Below are positions 11,896 to 26,035 of a stretch of 64,000 nucleotides of DNA, piece after piece (positions within the stretch are counted from its first letter, which is position 1; the number at the start of each line of letters is the position of its first letter). Source of the stretch: Ascoidea asiatica JCM 7603 (Eukaryota; Fungi; Ascomycota); assembly GCA_001600695.1 (NCBI GenBank), contig BCKQ01000001.1:1800005-1864004 (forward strand), written 5' to 3'. The position numbers and the translations under genes are program-made. The notes under the pieces are model-generated. The model had not been told where the DNA came from. It saw nothing but the letters and a program-made list of their open reading frames with translations, and searched no databases.

Positions 11896-13976
11896 TAATA
11901 TGATATTGCAAGAATATTTACATAAAAATTGAATTATTAAGTAGTTTCAAAATTTATAATGGATTCTTGCATTTATAAAATTTTTTTTTTTTATGTATTT
12001 TTAGTATACCAATCAACCTTTAGTTTTTTTTTTTCGAGATCTGTTTTTTTCTTTTATTTTACTTTTATCATAAATGAAATTCATTTTTGATTTTACTTCC
12101 TATATAATAACCATTAATAATTATATTTAGTTACTTGAATTAAAAATGTATATCACTACTTTCGATAATATTATTGTTAATAATGAGGGGATCTTTTGTT
12201 ATCAGTCTAAAAGGTATCTCTTCAGCAATGAAGTGGCTTTTTTTTCCTTTGCTACTTCCCTTCTGAGTAAAAAATTATTTGACATGAATAAATTATGTGT
12301 TTTCAATTTATGTACTGTTTATATAAATTATAGAAAATATTATTATAATAGCTGTGCATTATTCCTATTTGTTTTTGTCCTAGGTAAACAATTGGAGATT
12401 TTGAAATTCCTAAAAATTAGTGAGACTTCTAAAAAATATATTTAGTTTCTTTAATGTAAAGTTGTCTAACCTCAAATTTTGTCCATTCATGAAAATTGTC
12501 TTGGAATTTCTTTAATAAACTATTTAAAAAAATAACCAAAGAAATTATATGAAAATATATAGAATGTAATATTTAAGACATATATGAAATATCATATGAT
12601 ATTTTATTCATTATTCTCCTAGTCTAATTGATTTCTAGTTTTGAAATAATAGATGATAACTTCGATTATTTTATTTTCTAATTCCAAGATCTACTGTTGA
12701 AATGATGATGGAAAGAAATAAATTACAAAAGATGTTATAAATTTCAGTTGTGGAACAAGAAAAAGAATTTGCAAGCATTAAATTCTGATTTTAATTGTTT
12801 CTAGAAACTGATATAATTTCCTGTTTGGGAAAACCTTTATCTTGGTTAAAATGTAATTGAACATTCTTTTCCTATCAATTAAAAAAAAATAATGATCATA
12901 GAAACTAAAACGAACTCAATAAAAGAAGAGTCGTTTAATAGTAAATCGATCTGTTTCACAAAATTCACCTAATTTTTAATCGGTTTAGATTCGGCTTTGA
13001 ATCAACTTACTCAGCTTTGATTCAATTTTTGTTTCTTTGATTTCATTTTTGATTTCCACAAAATATAAGAAAAACTATTTAACCCACAATGGTGGTAATA
13101 CTTTATGACAGATTAATACGTGCGTGCGCATAAAACCTTTTTTTACAATTGCATGAAGACACTTTAGTTTCTAATCCAAATTCATGGGTCTAATGCTTAC
13201 TGACGCTTGAATACATTTGATTTGGAGTTACGAGGCTAATTGATGGCTCATGTGTGGCATATTAAAGATATGTTGAAGGCTGATGTAATTGTAAAAGATC
13301 CATATTCCTGGAGTCTAGGGCTCTATATATTTTCGCCTTTTTCCTTGCGGGGTGCTTTTGTTTTTGCGCTGAACCAAACAACTCAATCTGCTTCTGATTG
13401 AAAACTGAAAACTGAAAAAAAGCATTTGATTTACTTTAATTTTAAGTGATTTGATTTGATTCAACTTCGTTTAAAATCATTTTCATTTGGTAGTTTTGAT
13501 ATATATTCAACCAGTGTTTTATCATCATTCATGTCAAAAATCTATTGATTCAATCCTGTGATAGAATTCTCAACATTTATTATGCTCAAGCTGGGTCAAT
13601 TCCAATTCACTTTCATACAGCCCGTCTGGCGTCCGCTTATCTTATTCTTTGACCATTAAAATCTAAATTTTAAATAATTTTGTTTTTTTTCTGCTAAATT
13701 TATCTCCTTTTATAATAAATCTGCTTGACTCTGCAATAAAAATATACAATTTACATTTGGTATATTTAAATCAATCAATAATCTTTTCAATAATCCTTTT
13801 TCATTCTTTATATTTTTGACTTTAATCAAATTGATTTAATCATCTCAAACATATCATCTTCAATAACTTTGATTCAGTTTGATAACAACTATTTTAATTT
13901 CAACTTCAAACTTAATTTCAAGAATTATATATAATAAGAAGCAAATATCAATGAATTCCATAAATTTTTTTTAAAA

Positions 13977-14948
13977 ATGTCAAAAACTGAAAAAATCAAT
14001 GAATCTGATTTAATAAAAAGAAATCAAAAACATGATTCGAATCTTCAAAAAAAAGAAATAAGAATAGAAAAAACCAAAGAAAATGAGAAATTAGAAGAAA
14101 AGTTTATCAAAACTACCAAATTTCCAAAAATTTCAATTTCAAATTCAAATTCAAATTCAAATGAAAAAAATAAAATCAATTTAAAATTGTTTGAAAAATT
14201 CAATTATTTAATAAAAATAATCTCAGCAAAGGATATATATATTAAAATTTCAAAAAATTTTGAACCTGATAGATATGATACAACTATTGCTTTTATTGCT
14301 TATTCATCATTAGTAATTTCTCAATTGATTAAATTAACTTTACCAATTTTAATTAAATATAAAATTTTATCAAATTTTAAAACAATTAAATCTAATCAAT
14401 TTAATAATAATCTTAATCAAATCTCAAATAATTTAGATTCAATTTATACATATATTGCAGATATTAGAATATTTAATAGATTATTTTTATTACCTTCAAT
14501 GACACCATCATTTATATCATTATTTGAAAATAATATTAAAAATAATATTAAAAGTAATAGAATTGAAAATTTAACTATATTTATTGATTATTTTACACAA
14601 TTTTTTGAAAATATTGCATTTTTAGGTGATCATAAATTTATTGGAAATTATTTATATGAAAAAAGTTTATTAAATTATCAAATTTCTTCAATTTTTTGGT
14701 TATTAGGTATATTATTATCAATTTATAAATCAAAAAGTTTTAAATCAAAAAAATTATATAAATTAAAAAATTTCAATTTCAATTTTAATTTTAATGAAAA
14801 TTTAATTAATTTTTTAAATATTCCATTAGCAATTCATTGGGCTTTAAAAGATGGATGTTTAAATAAATTTACAATTGGATTTTTAGGTTTATTAACTGTT
14901 TGGAAAGAAAATTTAAATAATTGGAATGAAGTTTATAGAATTTCATAA
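13977..14948 (+). CDS. Pex11-family peroxin (Pex11C/PEX11-gamma-like)
   Basis: DIRIFNRLF, FENIAFLGDH, SSIFWLLG and LNIPLAIHWAL..G.L...TIGFLG match the pattern of the PEX11C/gamma subfamily. Confidence 0.75.
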   Translation: MSKTEKINESDLIKRNQKHDSNLQKKEIRIEKTKENEKLEEKFIKTTKFPKISISNSNSNSNEKNKINLKLFEKFNYLIKIISAKDIYIKISKNFEPDRYDTTIAFIAYSSLVISQLIKLTLPILIKYKILSNFKTIKSNQFNNNLNQISNNLDSIYTYIADIRIFNRLFLLPSMTPSFISLFENNIKNNIKSNRIENLTIFIDYFTQFFENIAFLGDHKFIGNYLYEKSLLNYQISSIFWLLGILLSIYKSKSFKSKKLYKLKNFNFNFNFNENLINFLNIPLAIHWALKDGCLNKFTIGFLGLLTVWKENLNNWNEVYRIS

Positions 14949-15007
14949 AATATAAAAAAACAAACATTAGATTATTATTATTATTATTATTATTATTATT
15001 GAAAATA

Positions 15008-15814
15008 TTAAAAACGATGAGATATATGATTATCATTTAAAGTAATATCATCTTCATTAGTTTTATTACTATTTAAATCATTTGATAAAATATTTTTTGA
15101 AAATATTTTTGGATAAAAATCATAACATAAATTTAATAAATAAATTCCATACCAAAATGATAAAGTCCATTCACAAATTGCACTTGCTTTTTTCTTTTTT
15201 TTTTCCATACCAATTCCAAAACCAAGAGCTAAACCAATTGCAATTATACACCAAATTGATTTAAAAATTCCAGAATTTGTTAAATAATTATATTTTTTAA
15301 TATTTTTATTATTAAAAAATTTTTGATTTTTATTTAATTTATAATAATTTAAACCCATTGAAATATGTTCAGCAGTTAAAGATATACAACTAAAAAAAAT
15401 TCCAGCAACAAAAAGTGAAACCATAATAATATGAACATGATGAAAATTATTTGTATTAAAAATTGAACAAAATAAAATACCAAATTGACCAATAATACAA
15501 AAAATAATTGATAAATAACTTAAAACAATTTCATAATTTTTAAAATTTTTTTGTAATTTACCAGTTTTTCTAAGATGTCTTTTAAAAATTAAAGCTAAAA
15601 TAAAAAAAATTGCTTGAAATCCAGCACATGAAATAAATAAAGGTTGTAAATTAGTTGCACCAATATCAGAAATATAAATAGGAAATTGATCTTTAGACAT
15701 AAACCAATAAATTGGATGACCTTGAAAAGACCAACAAGCTAACATTGCAATTAACATACCATACCAAACAATCAAAGCTACACTTGGAATCATCCAATAA
15801 TGAAAGATTTTCAT
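15008..15814 (-). CDS. SFK1: Frag1/DRAM/Sfk1 family membrane protein
   Basis: WYGMLIAMLACW.FQGHPIY, IYISDIGATNLQPLFISC, SIFNTNNFHHVH, SAICEW; about 6 TM segments. Confidence 0.92.
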   Translation of the reverse strand: MKIFHYWMIPSVALIVWYGMLIAMLACWSFQGHPIYWFMSKDQFPIYISDIGATNLQPLFISCAGFQAIFFILALIFKRHLRKTGKLQKNFKNYEIVLSYLSIIFCIIGQFGILFCSIFNTNNFHHVHIIMVSLFVAGIFFSCISLTAEHISMGLNYYKLNKNQKFFNNKNIKKYNYLTNSGIFKSIWCIIAIGLALGFGIGMEKKKKKASAICEWTLSFWYGIYLLNLCYDFYPKIFSKNILSNDLNSNKTNEDDITLNDNHISHRF

Positions 15815-16363
15815 TTTTGAAGAATTTAATTTTTATATTCTAATGTGATTTTTAAAAATGAATTGAAACATTTATTACCTTTATGAGGAGGGAGTATTTT
15901 TTTTTTCTATTTGATTTACATAAATAAAAATATGTTAGTTATAATTGAAATCAAGACAAAATAAAACATCAATTCACATTAATCATTGATAAAGTAATAC
16001 ATACACTTATGAATAATATATGGGATGATTTCAAGTCTTCATTGTTTAAATGAAGAAGAGACAAAAAAAAAAGAATATATAAACTGAATCAATTTAGAAT
16101 TGAAGAAGTTGTTTGAATAAAAATTAAGCGCCAAATTCCATACATTTAAATATTAACTAAATAAAGAATGTTGATTATTTATTATTTATTATTGATTATT
16201 GATTATTGATTATTGATTATTGATTATTATTTTGATAAACAGTTATTCAAGTAAAGAAGGTGTAAAATAAGCAATCAGGTTAAATTGAACTTGGGAAGAG
16301 ATCACTCAGTCTCTGAAGATCTGAAATTTGCACTGAAGCTTTGAAATTGCAACTTTTGTCTTG

Positions 16364-16590
16364 TGCAATTTCCTCTGCAATTTCCTCTGCAATTTCCTCT
16401 GCAATTTCCTCTGCTTACAGACGACCCGAAATAACCACGGATTTAATTACGTAATGCCCAGCCAGTCAAGCGAACAGCCGGAAAAAGTGCCGCAGAGGCC
16501 GCAGAGGCCGCAGAGGCCGTTTGGCTGGGTCTGGTCTGGTCACGGGACGCGGCGCGAGGAAAGCTGGAAACATCCGGAAACATCCGGAAA
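16364..16590 (+). repeat. GC-rich island with tandem repeats (TGCAATTTCCTC)4, (GCCGCAGAG)3, (GGAAACATCC)2
   Basis: Read directly; lies upstream of SFK1. Confidence 0.85.
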
Positions 16591-17656
16591 CAAGAAACAG
16601 AGCTTGATCCAAGAAAACCCACAAAACTGGCGAGTAGGGCTCTGTATGAGGATTACTTTAATCATTTGACCAAATTTGGTTTACTGGTAACAGTTGGGCT
16701 ATTAAAGTTATTTAAGCTTTTTGGTAGACTGTAAAAAGTATAGTACTGCTTTTTTTTTTTTCATTTATTACTTTTTTATTGATTATTTTTCGAGGAAGAA
16801 TATATTATATGTACTAAATATACTATAATTTATGTTGAATTACTTCTTTCTATTGAATGACTTTAGAAATTGAATAATTATAACATAATGAATGAATTTA
16901 TAAGAATGTGCTATATAACTTTTTGAAACTAAGAGTAAAATATTGAAAACATATAAAATATATAAAATAAAGTTCTTTTTCTATTCATCTTTTAATCTTA
17001 TATTCTTTTATTTTTTTTAATTTGAATATGACTTGAAGTTTATAAATTCAAAGAATTTTTCATAGTCATTATAGTATAGTTGTTAAATTTGAATTTTTAA
17101 TTTCTATTCAATCTTTTAAATTGAAAAAATTCAAAAGTTCAATTGAAAAGACTGAATAGAAATTAAATATATTGTACAAAGCCATTAGTAAAAATATAAA
17201 TTATTTGAAAAATAAAATAAAGAAAAGACAAGTTGATAAAATGAAAAAGAGAAAGAGTAAAAAGAATGAAAATTGAAAAAAAAACAAAATAAAATAAAAT
17301 AGAATAACTATTGATATTGTATTTTTTTTTTTTCTTTTTCCATTAATTTCCACTTCAAATATAATTAAAATATTGAAAGGATTAACTCTGAAGAAATTTT
17401 AAAGGATCTATCTAAATATGAGGTTTGAAAAAAATAATAAAAACGAGTAAAAATTCAAAAAAAAAATATTAAAAATCTTAACAAAAATATTAAAAGTAAT
17501 TAAAAGTAACTTAAAAAAATAAAAATAAACAAATAAAAGATAATAATAATCATAATAATAATAAAAATAGAACTAAATTAGTTTGTTGATAAAATCAGTT
17601 AAAAATGTTAATGAATTAAATAAGATTCAAAAAATGTAAAACATCCACTTTCGAAT

Positions 17657-19588
17657 TTACATATCTTTATTACCTTTTTGAGATTCGGAATTTGTTTTTT
17701 CCTCTGAAACTTCATTATTTGTAATTGTTTGTTTATTTACTGGTTCTTTCGAATGATCTATTGATATTGAAGTAGATATAGAGCTTTCATTAGGAATTGA
17801 ATTAGAATTCAAATTAGCATTATATTCATTATGAATCAGACTTGAGTTTAAATTCTGATTAATATTATGAATTGAATTACTAGCCTGTGTGTGACTTAAA
17901 ATTAAATTTGCTGATGTATTTACCTCGTCTCGATGTGAGCTTGAAATTATATTATTTTCATTATTTATTGAATTAGAATAATTATAAGAGTTATTTTCAA
18001 AATTTCCAGTGAATTGTGATACAACATTTGAATATTGTTGTCTAGATTGAAATTGTTGAGGCTGTTGAGATTGCTGAAAATATCGATATTGGGATAAATC
18101 ATAATATTGATATTGTTGACTTTGACTTTGATTTTCTTGAGATGTATTTAAATTTGAATCTACACCTATATTTTCTATCCCTGAAACTGGAGTCACAGAA
18201 ATTTCATTTGATCCTGAAGTTGAATTAACCACCTTATCTTTAGTTATTTTTTCAACTATAGCAGAAGAATTTATAGAGTTTGCAGTATTTGTAATATCTG
18301 TAATATTTGTAGTATTTGAAGTTTCTGAAATATTAGATATTTGAGTGGATGGTTCGGAGGAAGAAGCTGAAACTGATGTGGGTATATCACTTTCAGAAAT
18401 ACTATTTCTCATAATAGGATTTTGTATTAAAGTACGATTTGAGTCTGGATTTGAATTTGAATTTGAATTTAAATTTGAATCTGAATTTGGATTTGGATTT
18501 GGATTTGGATTTAAATTTGGATTTAAATTTGAATCTTCGGCTAAAACTGGACTAGATCCAGCATCAATTGATAATTTTGGAAAATTTCCAGGTGTTAAAG
18601 GAAAATAAGTTGAAGAAGTTGTATCCATTGGAGAATCAACTATAACTCTTTTAATATCTCTTACAAAAAGAGGATATAACATATCAACTATACCTTCTTT
18701 TTGAGCTAAAGATAAAGCTCTTTCAAATGGTATCCAAACACCTTTTAAATGCATTGAACCAACTTTTACAACAATTCTATTTCTTTCTGCTTTTAATATA
18801 CCATCTCTTCTACCTCTTGTCATATTAGCAACATTTAATAATTTTGTACCATTTATCATATTATTATCATCTCTTCTGACAACAGATACACCAATTGCAT
18901 CTACTTGATAACATAATGTTTGTTCATCTTCCCACATTGTTGTTGTTACTTTTGGTCTTACTGCAGTTCGATGAAATTGACCAATTTGTGAAATTTCTGG
19001 ATTTGAAGTTGTATTAGGTAATTGAGGAACTGGTGGTAAACCAAATGGATTTGAATTAAAAAAATATGGTAAAGGACGTTGAGAAACATTTGGATTGAAA
19101 TTTACAGGATAATTTTCACCATGAGGAATCAATTGTGATTGTTGAGGTATAGGTGGTAATGAGGGTGGTTGAGGCTGTTGTTGTTGTTGGAGGGGTTGCT
19201 GTTGTAGTGGTGGCTGTTGTAGCGGTTGTGGTTGTAATTGATTTGGATAAAAATAATAAGGATTATATGAAGGATACTTATAATAATTTTGATTAGGTGA
19301 AGTTGGAAATTGATTAGGTTGTAAATAAATAGGTTGAGGATTTAGAGATTGAATTGGAGTTTGTTGTCGATAAGGAGTATTTGAAAATTGAGGAAAAGGT
19401 TCATTTAAATTTGAAGGTTGTTGAATTGAAGTTTGTTGTGGATAAGTAGGATTTGAGAATTGAGTATTTGATTCATTTAAAATATTTGATTGAATTTGAG
19501 TTGATTTATTAGAATTTTTATCAGGTTTCGAATTATTTGGAACATTATTTATATTGGAAGTAGTTGATGGAGAATTAGGAATTGACAT
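17657..19588 (-). CDS. APSES transcription factor (Efg1/Sok2/Phd1/StuA family)
   Basis: [19 protein letters not shown]...[33 protein letters not shown]...[16 protein letters not shown]...LYPLFVRDI, with P/Q-rich flanks and a 3.5-kb upstream region. Confidence 0.96.
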   Translation of the reverse strand: MSIPNSPSTTSNINNVPNNSKPDKNSNKSTQIQSNILNESNTQFSNPTYPQQTSIQQPSNLNEPFPQFSNTPYRQQTPIQSLNPQPIYLQPNQFPTSPNQNYYKYPSYNPYYFYPNQLQPQPLQQPPLQQQPLQQQQQPQPPSLPPIPQQSQLIPHGENYPVNFNPNVSQRPLPYFFNSNPFGLPPVPQLPNTTSNPEISQIGQFHRTAVRPKVTTTMWEDEQTLCYQVDAIGVSVVRRDDNNMINGTKLLNVANMTRGRRDGILKAERNRIVVKVGSMHLKGVWIPFERALSLAQKEGIVDMLYPLFVRDIKRVIVDSPMDTTSSTYFPLTPGNFPKLSIDAGSSPVLAEDSNLNPNLNPNPNPNPNSDSNLNSNSNSNPDSNRTLIQNPIMRNSISESDIPTSVSASSSEPSTQISNISETSNTTNITDITNTANSINSSAIVEKITKDKVVNSTSGSNEISVTPVSGIENIGVDSNLNTSQENQSQSQQYQYYDLSQYRYFQQSQQPQQFQSRQQYSNVVSQFTGNFENNSYNYSNSINNENNIISSSHRDEVNTSANLILSHTQASNSIHNINQNLNSSLIHNEYNANLNSNSIPNESSISTSISIDHSKEPVNKQTITNNEVSEEKTNSESQKGNKDM

Positions 19589-22500
19589 TTTTATAATTTA
19601 TAAGAATAAATAGTATATAATAAGTCGATATAATTTGAGTGTTATTGAATAAGTAATATTGAGTGATATGAAGTAAGATGTAAGAAAAATAAAATATTGA
19701 GTTTTAAGTATAAATAGTTAAGTAATAAATATTAAATATTAAATATTAAATATTGAATATTGAATATAAAATATTGAATATTATATATGAATGTTTTCTA
19801 AATCATTAAATATTTGATATATTATTAAAAATGTATTTAAGATATAGTGTAATATATAATGTAATATATAACTCTGCATATATTGTACTTTTTTCAAGCC
19901 TTTTTTATGATTTTTTTACCTATTTTAATTTTTGAGAGTAAGTATAATATAAAATATGACTATTTATAATAATTAGTTAGATAAATTAATATGTTTTGAA
20001 TTAGATTATAGGAGAAAAAAAGAAAAAAAATTGACTAAAATATTTTGAGAATAAAGCACTAATTATAACTGTAATTGTAATTGATTGTAATTTAGTTAGT
20101 AAAGAAATAATGAAGAATCTAGAGACAGAATTAAGCAGATTTCGAGAATAATATAGGTTTTTTTTGTTTAAAATTCTAAAGATAATAAAATTGATCAAAT
20201 AATTGAATATTTGAATGATTGAAGGATTGATTTATTGATTTATTGATTTATTGATTTATTGATAAATTGAGTGATTAAGTGATTTAAAGATTAAGTTCAG
20301 AATAAAAAATTAATGACTTAAATTAATAAGCAAATAATTATTCTTTTTTTGTCTTTGATATTATTAATATTATTTCGAGTATCAATTCAAGTAATAATTG
20401 AATTCTCTAATGCAATTCGATAAAGTTTTGATAAGTTCTAAAAAGTTTTAAAAAGTTTTAATAAAATTGAAAAGATTAGGCTGAGTTAATTTTTATGAAT
20501 TTCTTAGAAAAGCTAAACGCTTCAGGAGTAAAGTTAAATAAAATATTTCTTATTAGTAAGTATTAATAAAAATAATGTTATTATTAATAAATGTGTATTA
20601 TTGGAGAAAATCCAATTGATAGAAAGTAAAAGATTGAATAGGATCAATTAAATGAATATAATAATATTTTTGTAAAATTAGTAATTTTTGATAATTTTAA
20701 CTTGGATAAAATTTTGGTGAACAAATAAATAAATCACCGGAATGAAGTTGCATATTATTATTTACAAATCTTCAAAAAAACCAGAAAAAATAAACAAATT
20801 GAGTGCGGTAGGTTAAATATTGAAATAAATTGAATATTTGAAATCAATAAAAAATTACGAAATTTGAAAAGATTCAAAAAAATTTGAAAAAAAAATTCGA
20901 CAAAAAAGATAATAATTGATTGATTGATTGATTACAGGTACAAGAATTTCAATATTTGACTAAGGTACTGAAGATAGCTAAAAAGTAAATGATCTTTCAG
21001 AATTTCAAATGAAATTAATAATTAAAAAATTGTGCAGATGAAACAGAATAGTCCTATAATACGACAAAAAGTATCTGATATTTCAAGTTAGTAAAGGAAT
21101 TAGATGCTAAATAAGTGCTATTTATTTTTTTCACATTTTTTTCGATCCAAAAAGTACTGAAACATCTGAGCCTTTTGTTCATTTTTTAGCTACTTTTCAA
21201 TCACTTTTTGATCACTTTTCGATCACTTTTCGATCGTTTTTCGATTACTTTTCAATTACTAATTCAGATTGATACTTTCTTTGTTACTTTTTTTCTTTTT
21301 TTGCTTTTTTTCCTTTGTTGAAATGTTAAAGCAGTAGCGATAAGGCTAAATGAAAATATTAAAAAAAAAGGGGCCAGCCAATCGGGAAAGTATGTAGAAA
21401 GTTAAGCTCCGAGACTTCTCAGAATAAAATAAGAAAGTATCGTGATCTGCATAGTTTGTTGTCCATTGAGGTTCATTTCTAACTTGTAATATTAACGTTA
21501 GCTACAAAAACAAAAACAGATGCTGTGCTGTCAGGAATAACCGCACAAAACATCGCAGAAAGCAGAAGCAGCATCGAAGGCAGCACAAACAGCAACAGAA
21601 GCAAAGGCAGAGAAAGAAGCAGACACAGAGGCCGTACAGTGCCTAGGAGACACCTCAAAATAGTATCAAAATAACCTTAGGACCTAGACCTCAACCAGAG
21701 CCAGGAGTGCGGATACTGGCAAAGTTGTAGAGTTCTGTACCGAAGTTGCGGTCAGAGGGTTCTGACCTACGTTGGATACCTTTGAGAGTTACACTCTGAA
21801 ATATGTGATTCGTCCTGATATTCTGCCGTTACTTTCAACGTTGCTTACAACGTTACTTATAAGATTTTACTCAAAGAGCTTCGATATTATCGAAAATCAG
21901 ACTATATTCATATTATACATAGAAAGCATTTTTGCTTCTAATTCAATATTATATTCAATACAATCAGTTCAAGCCTTTTGTGATTGTTATTCGTGAATTT
22001 CATTGATTGGAATACAAACTTCGGTTATTTTATTTTTTTTGTTGTAACACAAAACACAAATATAAATTTTAAATAGTTAAAACCAATATCATGGGTCACA
22101 ATTGAATCAATTTCTAACCTTTAAAAAGTAGTTTGATTGTTTATTCTGTTGCATATGTTTGTGATAGATATCATGAATAATTTGAATCAATGAAGGATTA
22201 TTAGGTTTACTCTAAAAAATTTCAGAACTTGACGTTGTTTGGTTTTTGAAAAATTTTAAAACTTCAAAAGCACAAATCAAAAAGGCTAGCTAGGTGCTAA
22301 TATCAATTTATTCATTTGGTTTAAATATTCTTCAACCATTTCTAAATAATAATAAATTTAATTAAAATTATTCTAATAATTGAGTAATTTGATTTATTAT
22401 TTCTAAATCACCAATCAGATTATTTGTAATATACTACTAACTTTTGTAATTTTGCGAGAATTATTTTTATTATCTTTCACTACTTGAAAAATATTTTGTT

Positions 22501-22828
22501 ATTTTCTAAAGGAATTCAGTAATATAGTTGATAGTTTTCGATCATTTTTTAGAAACGAAGTTCATTGATTCATTAAGTAATAGTATTTGTGAACTCTTAA
22601 ATCTTATTATTGTTTTGAAAATTTACGAGGGATCAATTTTATATTATTCTTTTTATTCTTGATTAACTTCAATGATTTCGAAACCAATCTAATCTATTAA
22701 CTTCATTATAAAGAGGATTTATTAGATCCGTGCTACTGGTTAAATATTTTTTTAACAGTCAAATCAGCGATAAGCGAAAATTTAAGAGACCTACACATTC
22801 AAATAGAACAAAAAACGAGCTTAGTTAG

Positions 22829-22928
22829 CACGTGATATTAAGTTTTTGTCGCAAAAAATGATATTAGAAGCCAAAGTCTGGGACGACACTGTGACATAAA
22901 AAAAGTTGCACGAGATTTATGTTAGGGC
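22829..22928 (+). promoter_or_regulatory. RPS30 promoter: Cbf1 site CACGTGA (22829-22835) and Tbf1-like TTAGGGC (22922-22928)
   Basis: The motifs lie 215-315 bp upstream of the RPS30 ATG. Tbf1+Cbf1 is the known ribosomal protein gene regulatory pair in non-Saccharomyces yeasts. Confidence 0.55.
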
Positions 22929-23143
22929 AATGTTTTTTATGACCACGGATGATTTGTAATGTTGGTGGCAATAGAATAGAGCCCTTGATTACTACTTCAA
23001 TCAATATACCCAAATTCGAAATTACCCCCAACTGACTTCATCTATCAATATTTATTATTTGATATAGAAAAATATACTATTAATATAATTTAAAAAAATT
23101 AAAAAGTGAATTTATCATCAAAATCTATAATAAATAATACAAA

Positions 23144-23847
23144 ATGGTATGTCAAATTTAACTAATCGTATATCAATTCAAGAGATTTTAATTTAAAAGA
23201 GGTTAATCTGATTTTATATTGTATTTCTAATTCCTTCATAATATGTCCAATAAATAAGAAAGTAATTTCCTGAATTTAGTGATCCAAATTTTCAAAATTT
23301 TAAAAAAGAATATCTAATATGTTTCTACATTAATCATTAAATCATTTTAAAGACATTTTTAGCTTAAAAAGCTTTTGTCAAATGGTGAAAATAATATTAC
23401 TTTATAACTATTTGTTCCAGTTTAAAATTTTAAATTTTGTTTATGAATATAATATTAAGATTCTTTAAAAATCATTATTATTTGTGATTCAAAGTTGTCC
23501 AATTAAAGCCTTTTTGAAATAGAAACAACTTAAATTCAATCTTTCAAATCATTTTTATATCCAAGACTTGTTAAATCAAAAATTTCCAGTTTATTTATTT
23601 TAAATTTCATAAAGAGTTAATAACTAACAAACTTTTATTTTTATTATTTACTTATTAATAGGGTAAAGTTCATGGATCATTAGCTCGTGCCGGTAAAGTT
23701 AAATCTGCCACTCCAAAAGTTGACAAAACTCCAAAACCAAAAACTCCAAAAGGAAGAGCAAAAAAGAGAATGCTTTATAACAAACGTTTCGTTAATGTTG
23801 CTTTAACTAGTAAAAGAAAAATGAATCCAGCTCCAACTGCTGCTTAA
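23144..23847 (+). CDS. RPS30: 40S ribosomal protein S30 (eS30), 62 aa; exon1 23144-23146 (ATG only), intron 23147-23661, exon2 23662-23847
   Basis: Missed by the ORF track. AAAATG|GTATGT donor, AACTAAC branch point at 23622-23628, TAG acceptor. Exon 2 reads [46 protein letters not shown]...[10 protein letters not shown]. Confidence 0.97.
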
Positions 23848-25084
23848 TCTTAATCTCTTTATTGTTAATTTATCTTATAATAATATCTATATGAAGAAAT
23901 AAAAATCTGTTATAATTCAAATGTAATTTTTTTAATGTAGAATTCATTTCAATATTTTATATCCAATTTGAATTGGTAATTTGTAATCTTTTCCATTTTT
24001 TTTTTGTTTTACTAAAACTTGAACTTTACTTATGAACAAAAGTTTACTTTGTAAAATTTTCCCAAGAAGATTACAAATCAAACACAATATTACAAATTTG
24101 TAACTTTTTCAATTCAGTTAATAAATACTTTTAGAAGTGAAGTCCCAATATACAAAATAGAGTTAGATATTATCGTTTGATAATACTTTCTGTAACTTTT
24201 TTCTCAAAGAACCAAGTTACCAGGATCTCCTTCAATGGAATTTTTAGTATCAGTATCTCATATCATCTAATATAAATTGAATGATATTTGTTGATATTAA
24301 TAGGCAAAGGAACCTAATAATAACTAGAACACAATTATAAACGATATTATAAACTATACTATTACAACTAATTTAAAAAAAATTAGGAAAGGATGGATTC
24401 AAATGCTCATAATATCAACCAAATAAACATTTATCAAGAATCAATTTAAATATGTCAAAAAGAGGGAAACATTTGGTTTAAGCGTGAAAACTAATGATTT
24501 ATGTTATTTTATTGATAATCAAAAGTTATACAATTAAAATAATTTATCAAGAAAGTAAATAAAGACTTATGTTTTTGTTTGCATTCTTTTCATTTTGCCT
24601 TGAATTTCTATAATTTTGGATTGATCAATCTATATCGTGTTTCTGCTTTTTTGATTCTTTATCTACTTTAGATTTAATTGTGTTTCATCACTTTTTTATA
24701 TTTACTTTCTAAAAATTGATAACGATTGATTAAAAAATCAAGTAAAACTAATATTGAATTTTAATACTTGCTATTTATTGATTGTAAATAAAATTGAAAA
24801 CCGTTGAAGCTTTCTGAGTAATTTTTGAGAAAATATAGGAATTAATCCCATAACTTGCGTTCACATTGTGTGGAATCTAGCCGTTACGAGTCGCCTTTAA
24901 AGTAACTATCTCCCAACAGTGAAATCGAATTCATTCAAAGAATTCATACATGCGCTATGGGGGTAAAGTAAAATACCATCAATGAAAAAATATTTTTTCT
25001 TCTTGATTAAACTTGAAATAAATATCAAAAAGTTTTTGAAGTGGAAAAAAACCAATTTTTCTCAAAACTTTATAACAATTTCGA

Positions 25085-25891
25085 ATGGAAAAAGAAACTA
25101 ACAGCAAAACTACTATCCCAGAAGAAGATGATGATTTATCATTGAATATATTCGAAGAGCCTGAAGATTTTAGACCACCTTCACCACCACCAAATCATTT
25201 TGTAAAATATGATAGAATAGATAATAAAGGTCAAATAAGCTTAAGACTAGTTGGTGCTAGTCCATTATGGGGTCATTTATTATGGAATGCAGCAATTTTT
25301 ACATCAAATTTCTTAGATAATCAAAATGATTCAAAAATTAAAAATCTAATCAAAAATAAAAATATATTAGAATTAGGAGCTGCAGCAGGACTACCGAGCA
25401 TTATTGCTGCAAAAAATAATGCCAAAAATGTAGTTATAACAGATTATCCAGATAATAACTTGATTGAGAATATTCAATTCAATGTAAATACAAATTTTGA
25501 AAACAGTAAGAATATTTCAGTTACTGGTTACATTTGGGGTAATGATTCTTCACCATTATTAGATTTCATAAATAAAGATAATGAAACTAAGAAAGATAAA
25601 TTTGATTTAATAATATTATCTGATTTAGTGTTCAATCATTCAGAACATCATAAATTGTTGAAAACTTGTAAAGATAATATAAATAAAGAAGGAAAATGTA
25701 TTGTTGTATTTTCTCCTCATAGACCATGGCTTCTAGAAAAAGATTTACAATTTTTTGAAACTGCTAAAGAATATCAATTTATAGTAGAGAAAATTGATTT
25801 AGTGAGTTGGAATCCGATGTTTAAAGATGATAAAGGAAGTGCTGAAGTCAGAGCTAGAGTTTATTCTTTTTACTTGATTCCTAATTGGTAG
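25085..25891 (+). CDS. EFM7: eEF1A N-terminal/lysine methyltransferase Efm7 (Nnt1)
   Basis: LRLVGASPLWGHLLWNA, motif I ILELGAAAGLPS, VVITDYPD, GYIWG, DLIILSDLVFNHSEH, FSPHRP. Confidence 0.95.
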   Translation: MEKETNSKTTIPEEDDDLSLNIFEEPEDFRPPSPPPNHFVKYDRIDNKGQISLRLVGASPLWGHLLWNAAIFTSNFLDNQNDSKIKNLIKNKNILELGAAAGLPSIIAAKNNAKNVVITDYPDNNLIENIQFNVNTNFENSKNISVTGYIWGNDSSPLLDFINKDNETKKDKFDLIILSDLVFNHSEHHKLLKTCKDNINKEGKCIVVFSPHRPWLLEKDLQFFETAKEYQFIVEKIDLVSWNPMFKDDKGSAEVRARVYSFYLIPNW

Positions 25892-26035
25892 TTTTAGTTC
25901 AGAGTTACTTTTTCAAATAAATATATATTTACTATTGAATGAATTTTATATATTTAGCTGGTTAGCTGAAAATAATGCTTATAAAGCTAATTGTTTTTTT
26001 TTTTTTTTTCAATTCGTCAGTCAGTACCTATTAGT

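Noticed and set aside
16361-16669. 102-aa ORF (CNFL/PQR repeats); the repeats also considered as a CRISPR-like array
   Set aside because: TTG start and produced by tandem repeats in a GC island. The repeats are head-to-tail with no spacers, and the genome is eukaryotic.
21540-21663. Ala/Glu/Lys-rich open frame upstream of the APSES gene
   Set aside because: It arises from a degenerate GCAGAA-type repeat, with no ATG or splice acceptor.
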